A DNA stretch of 17,469 nt from Thermoplasmata archaeon (GCA_041489255.1 JBGPQV010000032.1:1-17469); one strand, 5' to 3'; positions 9,582 to 17,469 are shown, counted from the first letter of the stretch. The notes: generated by a model from the letters alone, not told the origin. Numbers and translations: made by a program.

Positions 9582-9613
9582 ATTTCCACTGGAAATATCG
9601 GTGGAATTTTTAA
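9582..9613 (+). promoter_or_regulatory. inverted-repeat operator-like site plus TATA-like box upstream of the Rhs gene
   Basis: Perfect IR ATTTCCA-C-TGGAAAT (9582-9596), followed by TGGAATTTTTAAG (9602-9614). Confidence 0.45.
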
Positions 9614-9679
9614 GTAGTTGAAGACTATCTCTGCATTGACGTCATATCAGCGCGTGGCGCTTGCTGACTTGACGCAAGA

Positions 9680-9685
9680 GGAGGT
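9680..9685 (+). promoter_or_regulatory. Shine-Dalgarno site of the Rhs gene
   Basis: GGAGGT 8 nt before ATG 9694. Confidence 0.7.
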
Positions 9686-9693
9686 CGAGGAGA

Positions 9694-12600
9694 ATGGTGC
9701 GAATGCGGGTGCGTGTCCTTGCGGCTGCGATTTCAGTGATTATGATTCTGATGACCTGGCAGGTCGTCGTAGAGCTCTGGAAGCCGGGTCCATCTGAACC
9801 GCCAAAAGAGCTGGGGCCATTGACTGCTCAAGGTCCATCTTCCCATTATTACGTTCCGTCTTCACAGACGCTCGAGAATGGGACCCAGACTGGAGGAGAC
9901 TGCGGTTCGACGTGGTCCGCCCTTAACGAATCCGATGACTCGCGGTGCTCATACATGGAAGCCAATAAAGATCCGGCGAACCAGACAGGGGTCGTGATCA
10001 TCCCAGACGCAACGGATGTGAACGGCTGGTCAGCCGGAAAGACCTGTTCGGCGGATGCGACGCCTTGGGATGAACTCGACGACGGGGCAGACACCAACGA
10101 CGGGGATACGACGTGCCGTGATGGAAATACAAACGGCAATAGAGTGGGCGTAACGCTCTCTAATCCATCGTGGACTAAGGTTGCGGATATCGACGACTTC
10201 ACCGTTGTCAGCTCCTCGGTCGTCAAGAAGACAAACAGTCAGTCCGCCTCGATCTCTGTCGATGTCAAGGTGGACGCCTCGTCTTACAACAGCGGCTCAA
10301 CCCAGACCACGACGACCTCATACGTCAGATACAGTCGTACAGACACGGTAAATCCGATCTCGGGGACGGAATGGACGGCGAGCGACATCAACGGCCTGGC
10401 CATCGCGACCACGTGCGTAGACTGCAACCCGGACAACAGGGCGACGCAGATGCAGTCGAAGATAGACGCCGTCTACAATCCAGACTACGCTCTTGAGATT
10501 CGATTCGGCTGGACGGGGGTGCCGCTTGTGGGAGACAGCTGGACGCTCGTCGTCGAGTGCACACGCCTCGTTCCAGGCGCAGAGGATGTCCTGGTAGATA
10601 TCGGACAGGGTGGCAATCCGCCTACGAGCTGGAAGACAGCATACACGTGCACCTCCGACGGGGACGAGACCCACAGCACTTACAAGCTGAGTGCGGCGGA
10701 GCTCAACAACGGCGCGCCGATCGTCCGCTTCTGGGACGCTTACGCGGATGAGCCTGATGACACGGTTCGAGGGATCATATCGCTGGACGTTCTCAGAATT
10801 GAGCGGGTTGAATACAGAACCGGCCAATCCCCCTGGTTCTATTACGTTGGCGGGTCTGTGAATGCTGACAACGGGAACCTGTTCCTCCCGTTCCGTGACT
10901 TCACGGTGAAGGCACTGGGCTGGCCTCTCGAGATAGTCCGAGCATACAACAGCGGACTCGCCGCCAACGACGGACTCATGGGCTACGGGTGGACATTCAC
11001 CTACGACACGCGGATCGTCGAGGCGACGACGGGGATCGCGAACTGGTACGCTCCGGACGGGGGTGTGCACACCTACCGGCAGTCGGGTGGCACATGGACT
11101 GCCCCGCCCGGAATCGACGCGAAGCTCACGAAGTCCACTACCTTCACCCTGTGGTTCAAAGACGGTTCCAAGTTCAATTTCAATTCGGTCGGCAGACTCT
11201 CGACGATGGTCGACAAGAACGGCAATACAATCACCCTGACATGGTCTCAGTTCGCCCCAATCGAACTCACGTCTGTTGCAGACGATTCGGGCCTGCAGCT
11301 GAGTTTCTCGTACCAGGTCTCGGGGATGACGGCGAGAATCACCATGATCCAATATCCTGTCGGACGGCAGGTCCGATACTGGTACGACTTGAATGGGAAC
11401 ATGTATGCATTCAAGGACGCGATGGGCAGCTCCTCCTATTACACATACGATGGCTCTCATCGCATCCTGACGTGGCGGGACCCGGTCGAGAGCCCCATGC
11501 CCCTGCCGATACCTCAGGTGAGGAAGACGACTTTCCGTTATGACCCGTGGGGCCGCGTTGACCAGATCAAGCTGGCGTCGGTGAACGCGATGACGAACGC
11601 GACGCAATACGAATATGTCTCGTATGGGCTCGACTATGTGGCGGCAACCTTCCAAGGTGCGGACCACGCCATGAACGCAACAAACGCCAGGAACGTCGTC
11701 GCCACGATAGACATGGACACATCCGGCGTCCCGTTACACGTGAAAGGGCCGCAAAGTGGAAGCTGTTACCAACCCAGCGGGACATCTGGGTGTAGCGGGG
11801 GCGGAGGATGCAGATGCAACAAAGGAGGAAACGGCTGCTCTTCTGGCGGCGGTTGCGCCGGGAGCGGCGAGATCACGGAGGAAATGACACTCACATGGGA
11901 TTCGAATCGAGATTTGCTAACAATGAATGACGTGGGGAACCATCAATACGTTTACACTTATGACGCTCGCCGCAACCTGTTGAACACGACAGACCCACTA
12001 GGAAACGTGACGAGGACCTTGTGGTCGAACGTGGACAACGGGACTGCGTTCATCTCCACGTTGAATAGGACCACGAATGCCCGCTTGTTCACGTGGTACA
12101 ACGAGTACGACTGGAAGGGTAACCTGAAGCAAATGAAAGACCCGACGAACAACGTGACGAAGATGGAGTACAATGCCCAAGGCTATATGACGAAATCGAC
12201 GGACTGGCGGGGCAATGACACCACCTTCGAATACGACTCCCATGGCTATCTGGTGAACAGGACGGATGCGACGCTCAACAGGACCCAGTACACCGTGGAT
12301 GGGGTAGGGCGGACGACCTACATCAAGATGCCCGATGGGCACACCTGGCACGCGGAATACGATAACAACGATAGGGTGACTAAGGTCACGGATCCTCTCG
12401 GGAACTACACGGCGTACACATATAATGCCAGGAACAGCGTTCTTACCTTGAGGGATCCCCTGGTCCGTATGACCCTCTACTCATGGAATGTGACCAACCT
12501 CAAGATTGGAGCGGTGACGGACGCCCTCGGTAACACAACCTGCTACAGTTACGATCTTGTCGGGAACCTCGTGAAATTCACTAACCCGAGGGGATACTCC

Positions 12601-15018
12601 ACCGTTCTCGTCTACGACAACTTCAACAGACGAACGGTTCAGAGGGACGCCCGAGGGAACGAGACCGCATACACGTACAACGGCGATGGCCTCGTGACGG
12701 CTGTGAGGAACAGGAGAGGGTTCTACACCAACTATACGTACGATTCGCTGCACAAGCTGACGACCGTCACCGATGCTTTGGGCAACATTACGAGGCTCTA
12801 TTATGACCAGGTTGGCAATCTGGCCGAGGTGAAGAACGCAAGGGGCTTCGAGACAACCTACACGTACGACAGACTGAACCGGGGAACCAAGATGACAGAT
12901 GCGCTCGGCAACTATACGAGCTCCGATTACGATGCGAACGGCAACGTCATCGTCGTTCGCAATCCTGAGAATTCTCAAACGACTACGTACGATATTATAA
13001 ACCGCCCGACAACGGTGGAGAATGCACTCGGGCACATGACGAATTACTCCTACGATTCAGAGGGCAATTTGCTGCTGGTCAAGGATGCGGAGGACCACAG
13101 CACCTCTTATATTTACGACGCACTCAATAGACCCACTGAGCTCACGGATGGCTCTGGCGATTCGACACTCTTCTCATATGACGCGGTGGGGAATCTCCTC
13201 AACGTGACGGATGGCAATGGAAACGTCACCCGCAGGCAGTTCGATGCGCTCAACAGGATGACCCGCGATACGAGTCCGCTGGGCAAGACCACGGTTCTGA
13301 CCTATGACGCCAACGGGAACGATGCCAGCTGGACTGATCCGTTGGGCCAAGTGACAAACTACACATACGACGAGCTGGACAGGCTCACCAAGGTGGCATA
13401 CCCGAACGACCAAGTCCTGACCTCGACCTACGACGCCGAGGGGAACAGGCTCACAGCGACGGGGTCCGGGTTCACCAGGACGAAGGTCTACGACGCGCTG
13501 AACCGCGTCGCCTCCGTGACGATGGACTACGGCTCGTTCTCCAAGCAGGTTCAATACACTTACGATGAAGTCTCGAACAGGAAGACCATGACATACCCGG
13601 AGGATCAGACGGTAACGTACACCTACGATGCCCTTGATCGCCTCACCAAGTTGCAGGATTCCATTACAGGAGCGTGGAACTTCACGTATGACGCGGACTC
13701 CCGCAGAATTGGTCTTGCCTATCCAAGCAGCCTCGAAACTGAGTGCGCGTACAACGCCGCAGACTGGTTGATGGGAGTTTACACCAATACCTCCGGAGGG
13801 ACCGCGGTTCAATCATTCGTTTACACATATGATGAGACTGGGAACCGGAAGACGATGACGGAAAATGGCGGGAATGTTTCGACCTACACCTACGACGACG
13901 CTTACCGCCTCGTCAACGAGTCATACACTGGCGGACTGACGATCAACTACACTTACGACGATGCCGGCAACCGCCTCACCGAGACTAGGAACGGAGTCCT
14001 CACCGACTACGAGTACGACGCGGACAACCGCCTTACTGCGCGCGGCACGGTGACATACGCCTACGACGACAACGGCAACTTGATCAGCATGGCCGACGGC
14101 GGGCAGACCACCAATTACACCTGGGACTACGAGAACCGTCTCACGAAAGTGGCGCTGCCCGGCGGCACGAACGTCAGCTACGAGTACACGACAGACGGGA
14201 AGATGCTGTCCCGCACCCAGTCCGGCGTCAAGACTTGGTACGCCTACGACTTCGTCGAGGTGAACGGGTATGACGACATGATCGCGGAGTACAACGCGAC
14301 AGGCTCGCTCCAAGCGAGATACATCCACGGACCTGGAATCGACGAACCTCTCGCGGTCATCCAGGGAGGGACGACGGAATATTACCTGCGGGACGCGCTG
14401 GGCTCGGTCACCGGCTTGGCATCAGGCCAAACACTCAGCGCTGTCTATCACTACGAGGCGTTCGGGGATTTGCGGGCGGGGTCGGGGACCATCGATGAAT
14501 ATGGCTTCACATCGCGCGTTCTCGACTTTTCATCAGATTTGTATTTCTACCGAGCGAGATGGTACGATTCGCAGGCAGGCCGATTCCTGAGCAAGGACCC
14601 TGCGGGTTTTGTTGACGGCGCCAATCTATTCGCCTATGCTCTCAACAACCCCACGACAAAGAACGATCCTTCAGGAATGCACTGCTGCGAATGGTGGGAA
14701 TGGTTGCTTTACCAGAACTATTGCTGCTATCACGTAGCGGGCGAGTGCGCGAATCGGAATTGGGATTCTTTCCTTGGATGTCTTGCAGCTGCCGGGATTA
14801 TCATAACAGCGAATCTCATTGTTGTGATTTTAGCCGCCCTTTTAACCGGCGGACTTGCTGGTATAGCCGCACTCATCGGCGCCATTGTGTACGGATGCAA
14901 GTGCTTTTATGATTGCTGCAAGGGCCCAGTAGGGAATCCCCCGCCTTGGAATCCCTCCCCTCCTCCTCCACCACCCGGAGGAGGGGGAGGAGGCGGCGGA
15001 CGCCACGTAATATGCTGA
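9694..15018 (+). CDS. rhs: secreted Rhs/YD-repeat protein (polymorphic-toxin architecture) with Cys-rich hydrophobic C-terminal tip
   Basis: N-terminal basic plus hydrophobic signal/anchor; DUF6531-like 'VNADNGNL...RAYNS...GYGW'; dozens of YD repeats; Rhs-associated core 'LYFYRARWYDSQAGRFLSKDPAG...NLFAYALNNPTTKNDPSG' ending at 14676; 113-aa tip. Confidence 0.95.
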   Translation: MVRMRVRVLAAAISVIMILMTWQVVVELWKPGPSEPPKELGPLTAQGPSSHYYVPSSQTLENGTQTGGDCGSTWSALNESDDSRCSYMEANKDPANQTGVVIIPDATDVNGWSAGKTCSADATPWDELDDGADTNDGDTTCRDGNTNGNRVGVTLSNPSWTKVADIDDFTVVSSSVVKKTNSQSASISVDVKVDASSYNSGSTQTTTTSYVRYSRTDTVNPISGTEWTASDINGLAIATTCVDCNPDNRATQMQSKIDAVYNPDYALEIRFGWTGVPLVGDSWTLVVECTRLVPGAEDVLVDIGQGGNPPTSWKTAYTCTSDGDETHSTYKLSAAELNNGAPIVRFWDAYADEPDDTVRGIISLDVLRIERVEYRTGQSPWFYYVGGSVNADNGNLFLPFRDFTVKALGWPLEIVRAYNSGLAANDGLMGYGWTFTYDTRIVEATTGIANWYAPDGGVHTYRQSGGTWTAPPGIDAKLTKSTTFTLWFKDGSKFNFNSVGRLSTMVDKNGNTITLTWSQFAPIELTSVADDSGLQLSFSYQVSGMTARITMIQYPVGRQVRYWYDLNGNMYAFKDAMGSSSYYTYDGSHRILTWRDPVESPMPLPIPQVRKTTFRYDPWGRVDQIKLASVNAMTNATQYEYVSYGLDYVAATFQGADHAMNATNARNVVATIDMDTSGVPLHVKGPQSGSCYQPSGTSGCSGGGGCRCNKGGNGCSSGGGCAGSGEITEEMTLTWDSNRDLLTMNDVGNHQYVYTYDARRNLLNTTDPLGNVTRTLWSNVDNGTAFISTLNRTTNARLFTWYNEYDWKGNLKQMKDPTNNVTKMEYNAQGYMTKSTDWRGNDTTFEYDSHGYLVNRTDATLNRTQYTVDGVGRTTYIKMPDGHTWHAEYDNNDRVTKVTDPLGNYTAYTYNARNSVLTLRDPLVRMTLYSWNVTNLKIGAVTDALGNTTCYSYDLVGNLVKFTNPRGYSTVLVYDNFNRRTVQRDARGNETAYTYNGDGLVTAVRNRRGFYTNYTYDSLHKLTTVTDALGNITRLYYDQVGNLAEVKNARGFETTYTYDRLNRGTKMTDALGNYTSSDYDANGNVIVVRNPENSQTTTYDIINRPTTVENALGHMTNYSYDSEGNLLLVKDAEDHSTSYIYDALNRPTELTDGSGDSTLFSYDAVGNLLNVTDGNGNVTRRQFDALNRMTRDTSPLGKTTVLTYDANGNDASWTDPLGQVTNYTYDELDRLTKVAYPNDQVLTSTYDAEGNRLTATGSGFTRTKVYDALNRVASVTMDYGSFSKQVQYTYDEVSNRKTMTYPEDQTVTYTYDALDRLTKLQDSITGAWNFTYDADSRRIGLAYPSSLETECAYNAADWLMGVYTNTSGGTAVQSFVYTYDETGNRKTMTENGGNVSTYTYDDAYRLVNESYTGGLTINYTYDDAGNRLTETRNGVLTDYEYDADNRLTARGTVTYAYDDNGNLISMADGGQTTNYTWDYENRLTKVALPGGTNVSYEYTTDGKMLSRTQSGVKTWYAYDFVEVNGYDDMIAEYNATGSLQARYIHGPGIDEPLAVIQGGTTEYYLRDALGSVTGLASGQTLSAVYHYEAFGDLRAGSGTIDEYGFTSRVLDFSSDLYFYRARWYDSQAGRFLSKDPAGFVDGANLFAYALNNPTTKNDPSGMHCCEWWEWLLYQNYCCYHVAGECANRNWDSFLGCLAAAGIIITANLIVVILAALLTGGLAGIAALIGAIVYGCKCFYDCCKGPVGNPPPWNPSPPPPPPGGGGGGGGRHVIC

Positions 15019-15172
15019 ACGGCTGCGTTTCAGGTCGTCAAAGATGCAGCCCTTGGTTCGACTTGCGCAAAAGTCGATACAAGAATAAGCCTGACGATGA
15101 AATCGGGATTCATGGCTGGCCGCGTATTGTGAGAGACGGCAATGGTTGCAGTCCCTACGAGAGACCTCCGTT

Positions 15173-15463
15173 TCATTTAGGCTTCGATTGGATGTCGACG
15201 AATTGCTTAAGCCATTCAATGAGTTTGAGGTAAGCGACCTTCCCCTTATCAGTAATCGTCACCCTCGCGTGCCCGCTCAAAGGATTCTCAATAGCGACCA
15301 GGTCCCGCATGGACAGCCACGATAGGTATCGGCCTAATTGGTCGTAGTTCATATTCGCCGCGACCGATAGCCGCGTCTTCATCACCGGTGCCCCTTCGCG
15401 CCACAGACGGTCGAGTAGTCGCGCAACAATGAAAAGGTCCGGTCGGTTGGGCGGTATGGCCAT
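15173..15463 (-). CDS. winged helix-turn-helix transcriptional regulator (COG3432/HTH_45-like)
   Basis: 'RPDLFIVARLL...KTRLSVAANMNYDQLGRYLSWL...VTITDKGK' matches the archaeal HTH_45 pattern (KT.L...N.NY..., ITxKG wing). Confidence 0.85.
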   Translation of the reverse strand: MAIPPNRPDLFIVARLLDRLWREGAPVMKTRLSVAANMNYDQLGRYLSWLSMRDLVAIENPLSGHARVTITDKGKVAYLKLIEWLKQFVDIQSKPK

Positions 15464-15467
15464 CAGG

Positions 15468-16205
15468 TCACAAACCTTCTATGCAGGCCTCTATCTGGGA
15501 GCGCGAAGCCTCGAACCGCTGGGTCCATTCTCGACAAACCGCCGCCAATTCCTCATCTTGTTGTCGGCGCTTCTGACGCCATTCTACCCAGGCTACAACA
15601 CTCATGATGCATATGAACACAGCATAAATGATGAGATCCGTAGGACCGAAGATGAGGAGCGAGATTGGCACCATTAATATGTTGACTGCGATTGCGAATA
15701 ACGCGAACCATGTGACCCATCTGGTACCTATCCCCTTTCCGCCTGCGAGAATCTGCCATGTTGGCACCTCACTTATTGCCCGCAAAAGCATGTCGAAGGT
15801 TGTCCCGCGATGGGCTTTGGGAACCGACAAATCGGTTTCTTGCGCAAGCGTCGCTCTGAATTGCTCGTACCAAATCTGGAGGTCATGGAGTCGGGGCTTG
15901 TCATGAATGCGAATGTACCACACAGACACCACCCCCAAGATGACACCGCCCGGCAATGAAAGCATGGCCACATACATCAAACCCTCAACTGTATCCAGAT
16001 TGGCCACATGTGCTCTTACGAGGATCAGGAAGGTCATTTCGCACACAATAAAACTCACGAGAACTGCTAAAGAGAGGGATATAAGATAGGCCTTCCGCGC
16101 GGTCATGTATGCTTGAGTCGACAGATAGCTCCCCTGCCTCGCTATGTCGAGAAGGAGAGCGCTGATGCGGTCATCGGCAGTCGCGTCGAATGCTTTCTCT
16201 GTCAT
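15468..16205 (-). CDS. membrane protein (about 4 TM, two hairpins), operonic with the wHTH gene
   Basis: 245-aa ORF with two pairs of hydrophobic helices; it ends 4 nt before the wHTH ATG. Confidence 0.75.
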   Translation of the reverse strand: MTEKAFDATADDRISALLLDIARQGSYLSTQAYMTARKAYLISLSLAVLVSFIVCEMTFLILVRAHVANLDTVEGLMYVAMLSLPGGVILGVVSVWYIRIHDKPRLHDLQIWYEQFRATLAQETDLSVPKAHRGTTFDMLLRAISEVPTWQILAGGKGIGTRWVTWFALFAIAVNILMVPISLLIFGPTDLIIYAVFICIMSVVAWVEWRQKRRQQDEELAAVCREWTQRFEASRSQIEACIEGL

Positions 16206-16314
16206 GCGAATTCCCTATAGAGCATGCGCGTCCAGCAACATAAGCATGACTCCAACTGATTGCATTGCTTTCAATTGAGGAACTAAGGGACAGACTCAAA
16301 CCTTTGCATCCATC

Positions 16315-17151
16315 ATGATAGTCTCTGGCGCTGTGTCCCTGAGCGGTTTTAATCGTGACTTCCCAGTCATCCCTTGTCACGCTGTATTTCCGTTTCAGGT
16401 TCCGAGGCAGTACGATGTCGTCGAAAGGCTCTAGGCGAAGGAAAAGACGATGGTCACGGTTAGCAACCATTCCTATGACTCCTTCCATCTGAGCGTGAAG
16501 ATCAATATGACGACGGGAAGCGGTTCGGTGTCCGTTGGAGAGGATGCCTGGGTGAGGGTTTCGGATTGCGCAAGCATCAAGATGGAAATGGGCTTCATGA
16601 TGATACAGATGAACACGACCTTCGATCCTCCGCAGCAGGGTCTTAATTTCCCGCTCGGCGACGGCAAGACACGGTCCGAATAGAAAGAACTCGATGACAT
16701 TCCCATCTCGGTCCCTGTGACGTTGAACTAATAGAACGTGCCCGCCGGCACCGTCACGCTCTGAGGGCCTGATGCCACATAGTCCATCGTGACTGTCGCA
16801 TTCATGGGGGGCATGCCCATCCCCGATATCGTCATGATGCTCGTCGACGACCAAGTCGGGTATTTGGTGAAGACCGGTTCCGCTTCTACCCCGGGCCTCA
16901 CGGGCTTCAGCATGTCTCCTCTCGAGCTCAAGTCCTACAACTACCAGAAGGCTGGCGGCCTCATCTGGATTGTCCTGATAGTGATCATCGTCGTGGCGGT
17001 CGTCCTCACTGTGGTGGTCGCGATGATTGTCAGTTCGCGACGGAAGAGGCGCATGGCCGCGCAGATGCCGCCACAGGGCCCTGTCTTCGGACAGCCTCCG
17101 CTGCAGCAACCGCCTCCATATCAGCCGCCCATACAACCGCCACGGACGTAA
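16315..17151 (+). pseudogene. disrupted gene for a C-terminally membrane-anchored surface protein, interrupted by an internal inversion and stops
   Basis: ORFs 16450..16683(+) and 16789..17151(+) are in the same frame; the missing middle is on the minus strand. Restored: ...NFPLGDGKTWSSTS...VTVPAGTFY*FNVT...SFYSDRVGYLVK...LELKSYNY, then TM, SRRKRR and a Pro/Gln tail. Confidence 0.8.
16668..16857. other. inverted segment (16671-16854) bounded by GACACGGTC (16668-16676) and GACCAAGTC (16849-16857)
   Basis: Reverse-complementing 16671-16854 (184 bp) gives in-frame fusion at both junctions; the boundaries are a 7/9 imperfect inverted repeat, and each is a GACNNNGTC palindrome. Confidence 0.8.
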
Positions 17152-17346
17152 GGCGCATTGATACTCATGCCGTCAGTGTGCTAGCGTGGGCGAGGTCGTT
17201 CCTTGTCGGTCTGCCGCTTGTCATCGTATACGGACCATGAAGATTGCGGTCGTGTCGAGTCCCAAAGGTGGGGATTCATGTTTTTCAGAGAGCGGTTTTG
17301 TCTAAGACAATCCGCGAATGACTTCACCACGTAGACAGTGCGCCTA

Positions 17347-17469
17347 GTGTAGCGTATCATAATTCGATACGCTTATAATCCGGGGATTCTTTCCGGTCGT
17401 CATGCGAGTGGCACCGACCGTCACTATTCCCGAGACCGACCGCGAAACGCTGCAGAAGTGGAGCCGGGG
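17347..17469 (+). mobile_element. left end of an IS630-family insertion sequence (truncated by the window edge)
   Basis: CTAG at 17344-17347 (TA target) followed by GTGTAGCGTATC..., with a transposase-like ORF starting 55 nt later. Confidence 0.65.
17402..17469 (+). CDS. IS630-family transposase, N-terminal fragment
   Basis: MRVAPTVTIPETDRETLQKWSR(G) resembles the typical IS630 N-terminus (xLSxEERxxLExWxR); CTTATAAT TATA-like motif at about 17372-17379. Confidence 0.7.
   Translation, partial: MRVAPTVTIPETDRETLQKWSR

Noticed and set aside
9380-9613. 77-aa ORF upstream of rhs
   Set aside because: TTG start, no SD, no recognisable motif, and it overlaps the probable rhs promoter.
11900-14300. 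Recurring TACGAC/GGCAAC-type motifs as a possible CRISPR or DNA repeat array
   Set aside because: They are degenerate codons of protein-level YD repeats, with no identical repeats or spacers.
10318-14328. Long minus-strand ORFs inside rhs (449, 184, 212 and 135 aa)
   Set aside because: Val/Arg-rich antisense shadows typical of GC-rich coding DNA.
14913-15233. 106-aa + strand ORF as an Rhs immunity gene
   Set aside because: It overlaps both the rhs 3' end and the wHTH gene and has low-complexity, non-protein-like composition.
16432-16790. Amber (pyrrolysine) readthrough or stop-codon recoding to join the + strand fragments
   Set aside because: The + frame of the gap contains TAA and TGA as well as TAG and is not protein-like; the inversion explains it. 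Other genes here end in TAG and no pyl genes are in the window. The residual TAGs are most simply nonsense mutations, though Pyl cannot be strictly excluded.
16171-17136. 321-aa minus-strand ORF
   Set aside because: His/Arg/Asp-rich antisense shadow of the + strand surface-protein gene.

Overview
GC-rich accessory region that looks archaeal, most likely Thermoplasmatota/Thermoplasmata. This is inferred from a COG3432/HTH_45-type winged helix, membrane proteins with Pro-rich tails, TATA-like and GGAGGT/GGGGGTG motifs, and many N-glycosylation sequons. Left to right it carries: a membrane protein; a small ORF plus a HEPN-motif (RNSIAH) protein; a minus-strand SAM methyltransferase, Nudix hydrolase and tandem GNAT; a zinc-ribbon membrane protein; a RimJ/L-type GNAT; a PD-(D/E)xK nuclease operon divergent from a CBS-HEPN (RNSLVH) gene; a 1774-aa signal-peptide-bearing Rhs/YD protein with a Cys-rich hydrophobic C-terminal tip; a convergent membrane protein plus wHTH pair; a broken surface-protein gene; and the left end of an IS630-family element. 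The most striking hidden structure is a 184-bp segment (16671-16854) inside the surface-protein gene that lies in inverted orientation between two GACNNNGTC sites. Flipping it joins four separate ORF-track fragments in frame, leaving one TAG. A weaker second inversion may lie just upstream. All product calls come from motif recognition by eye; no searches were run.
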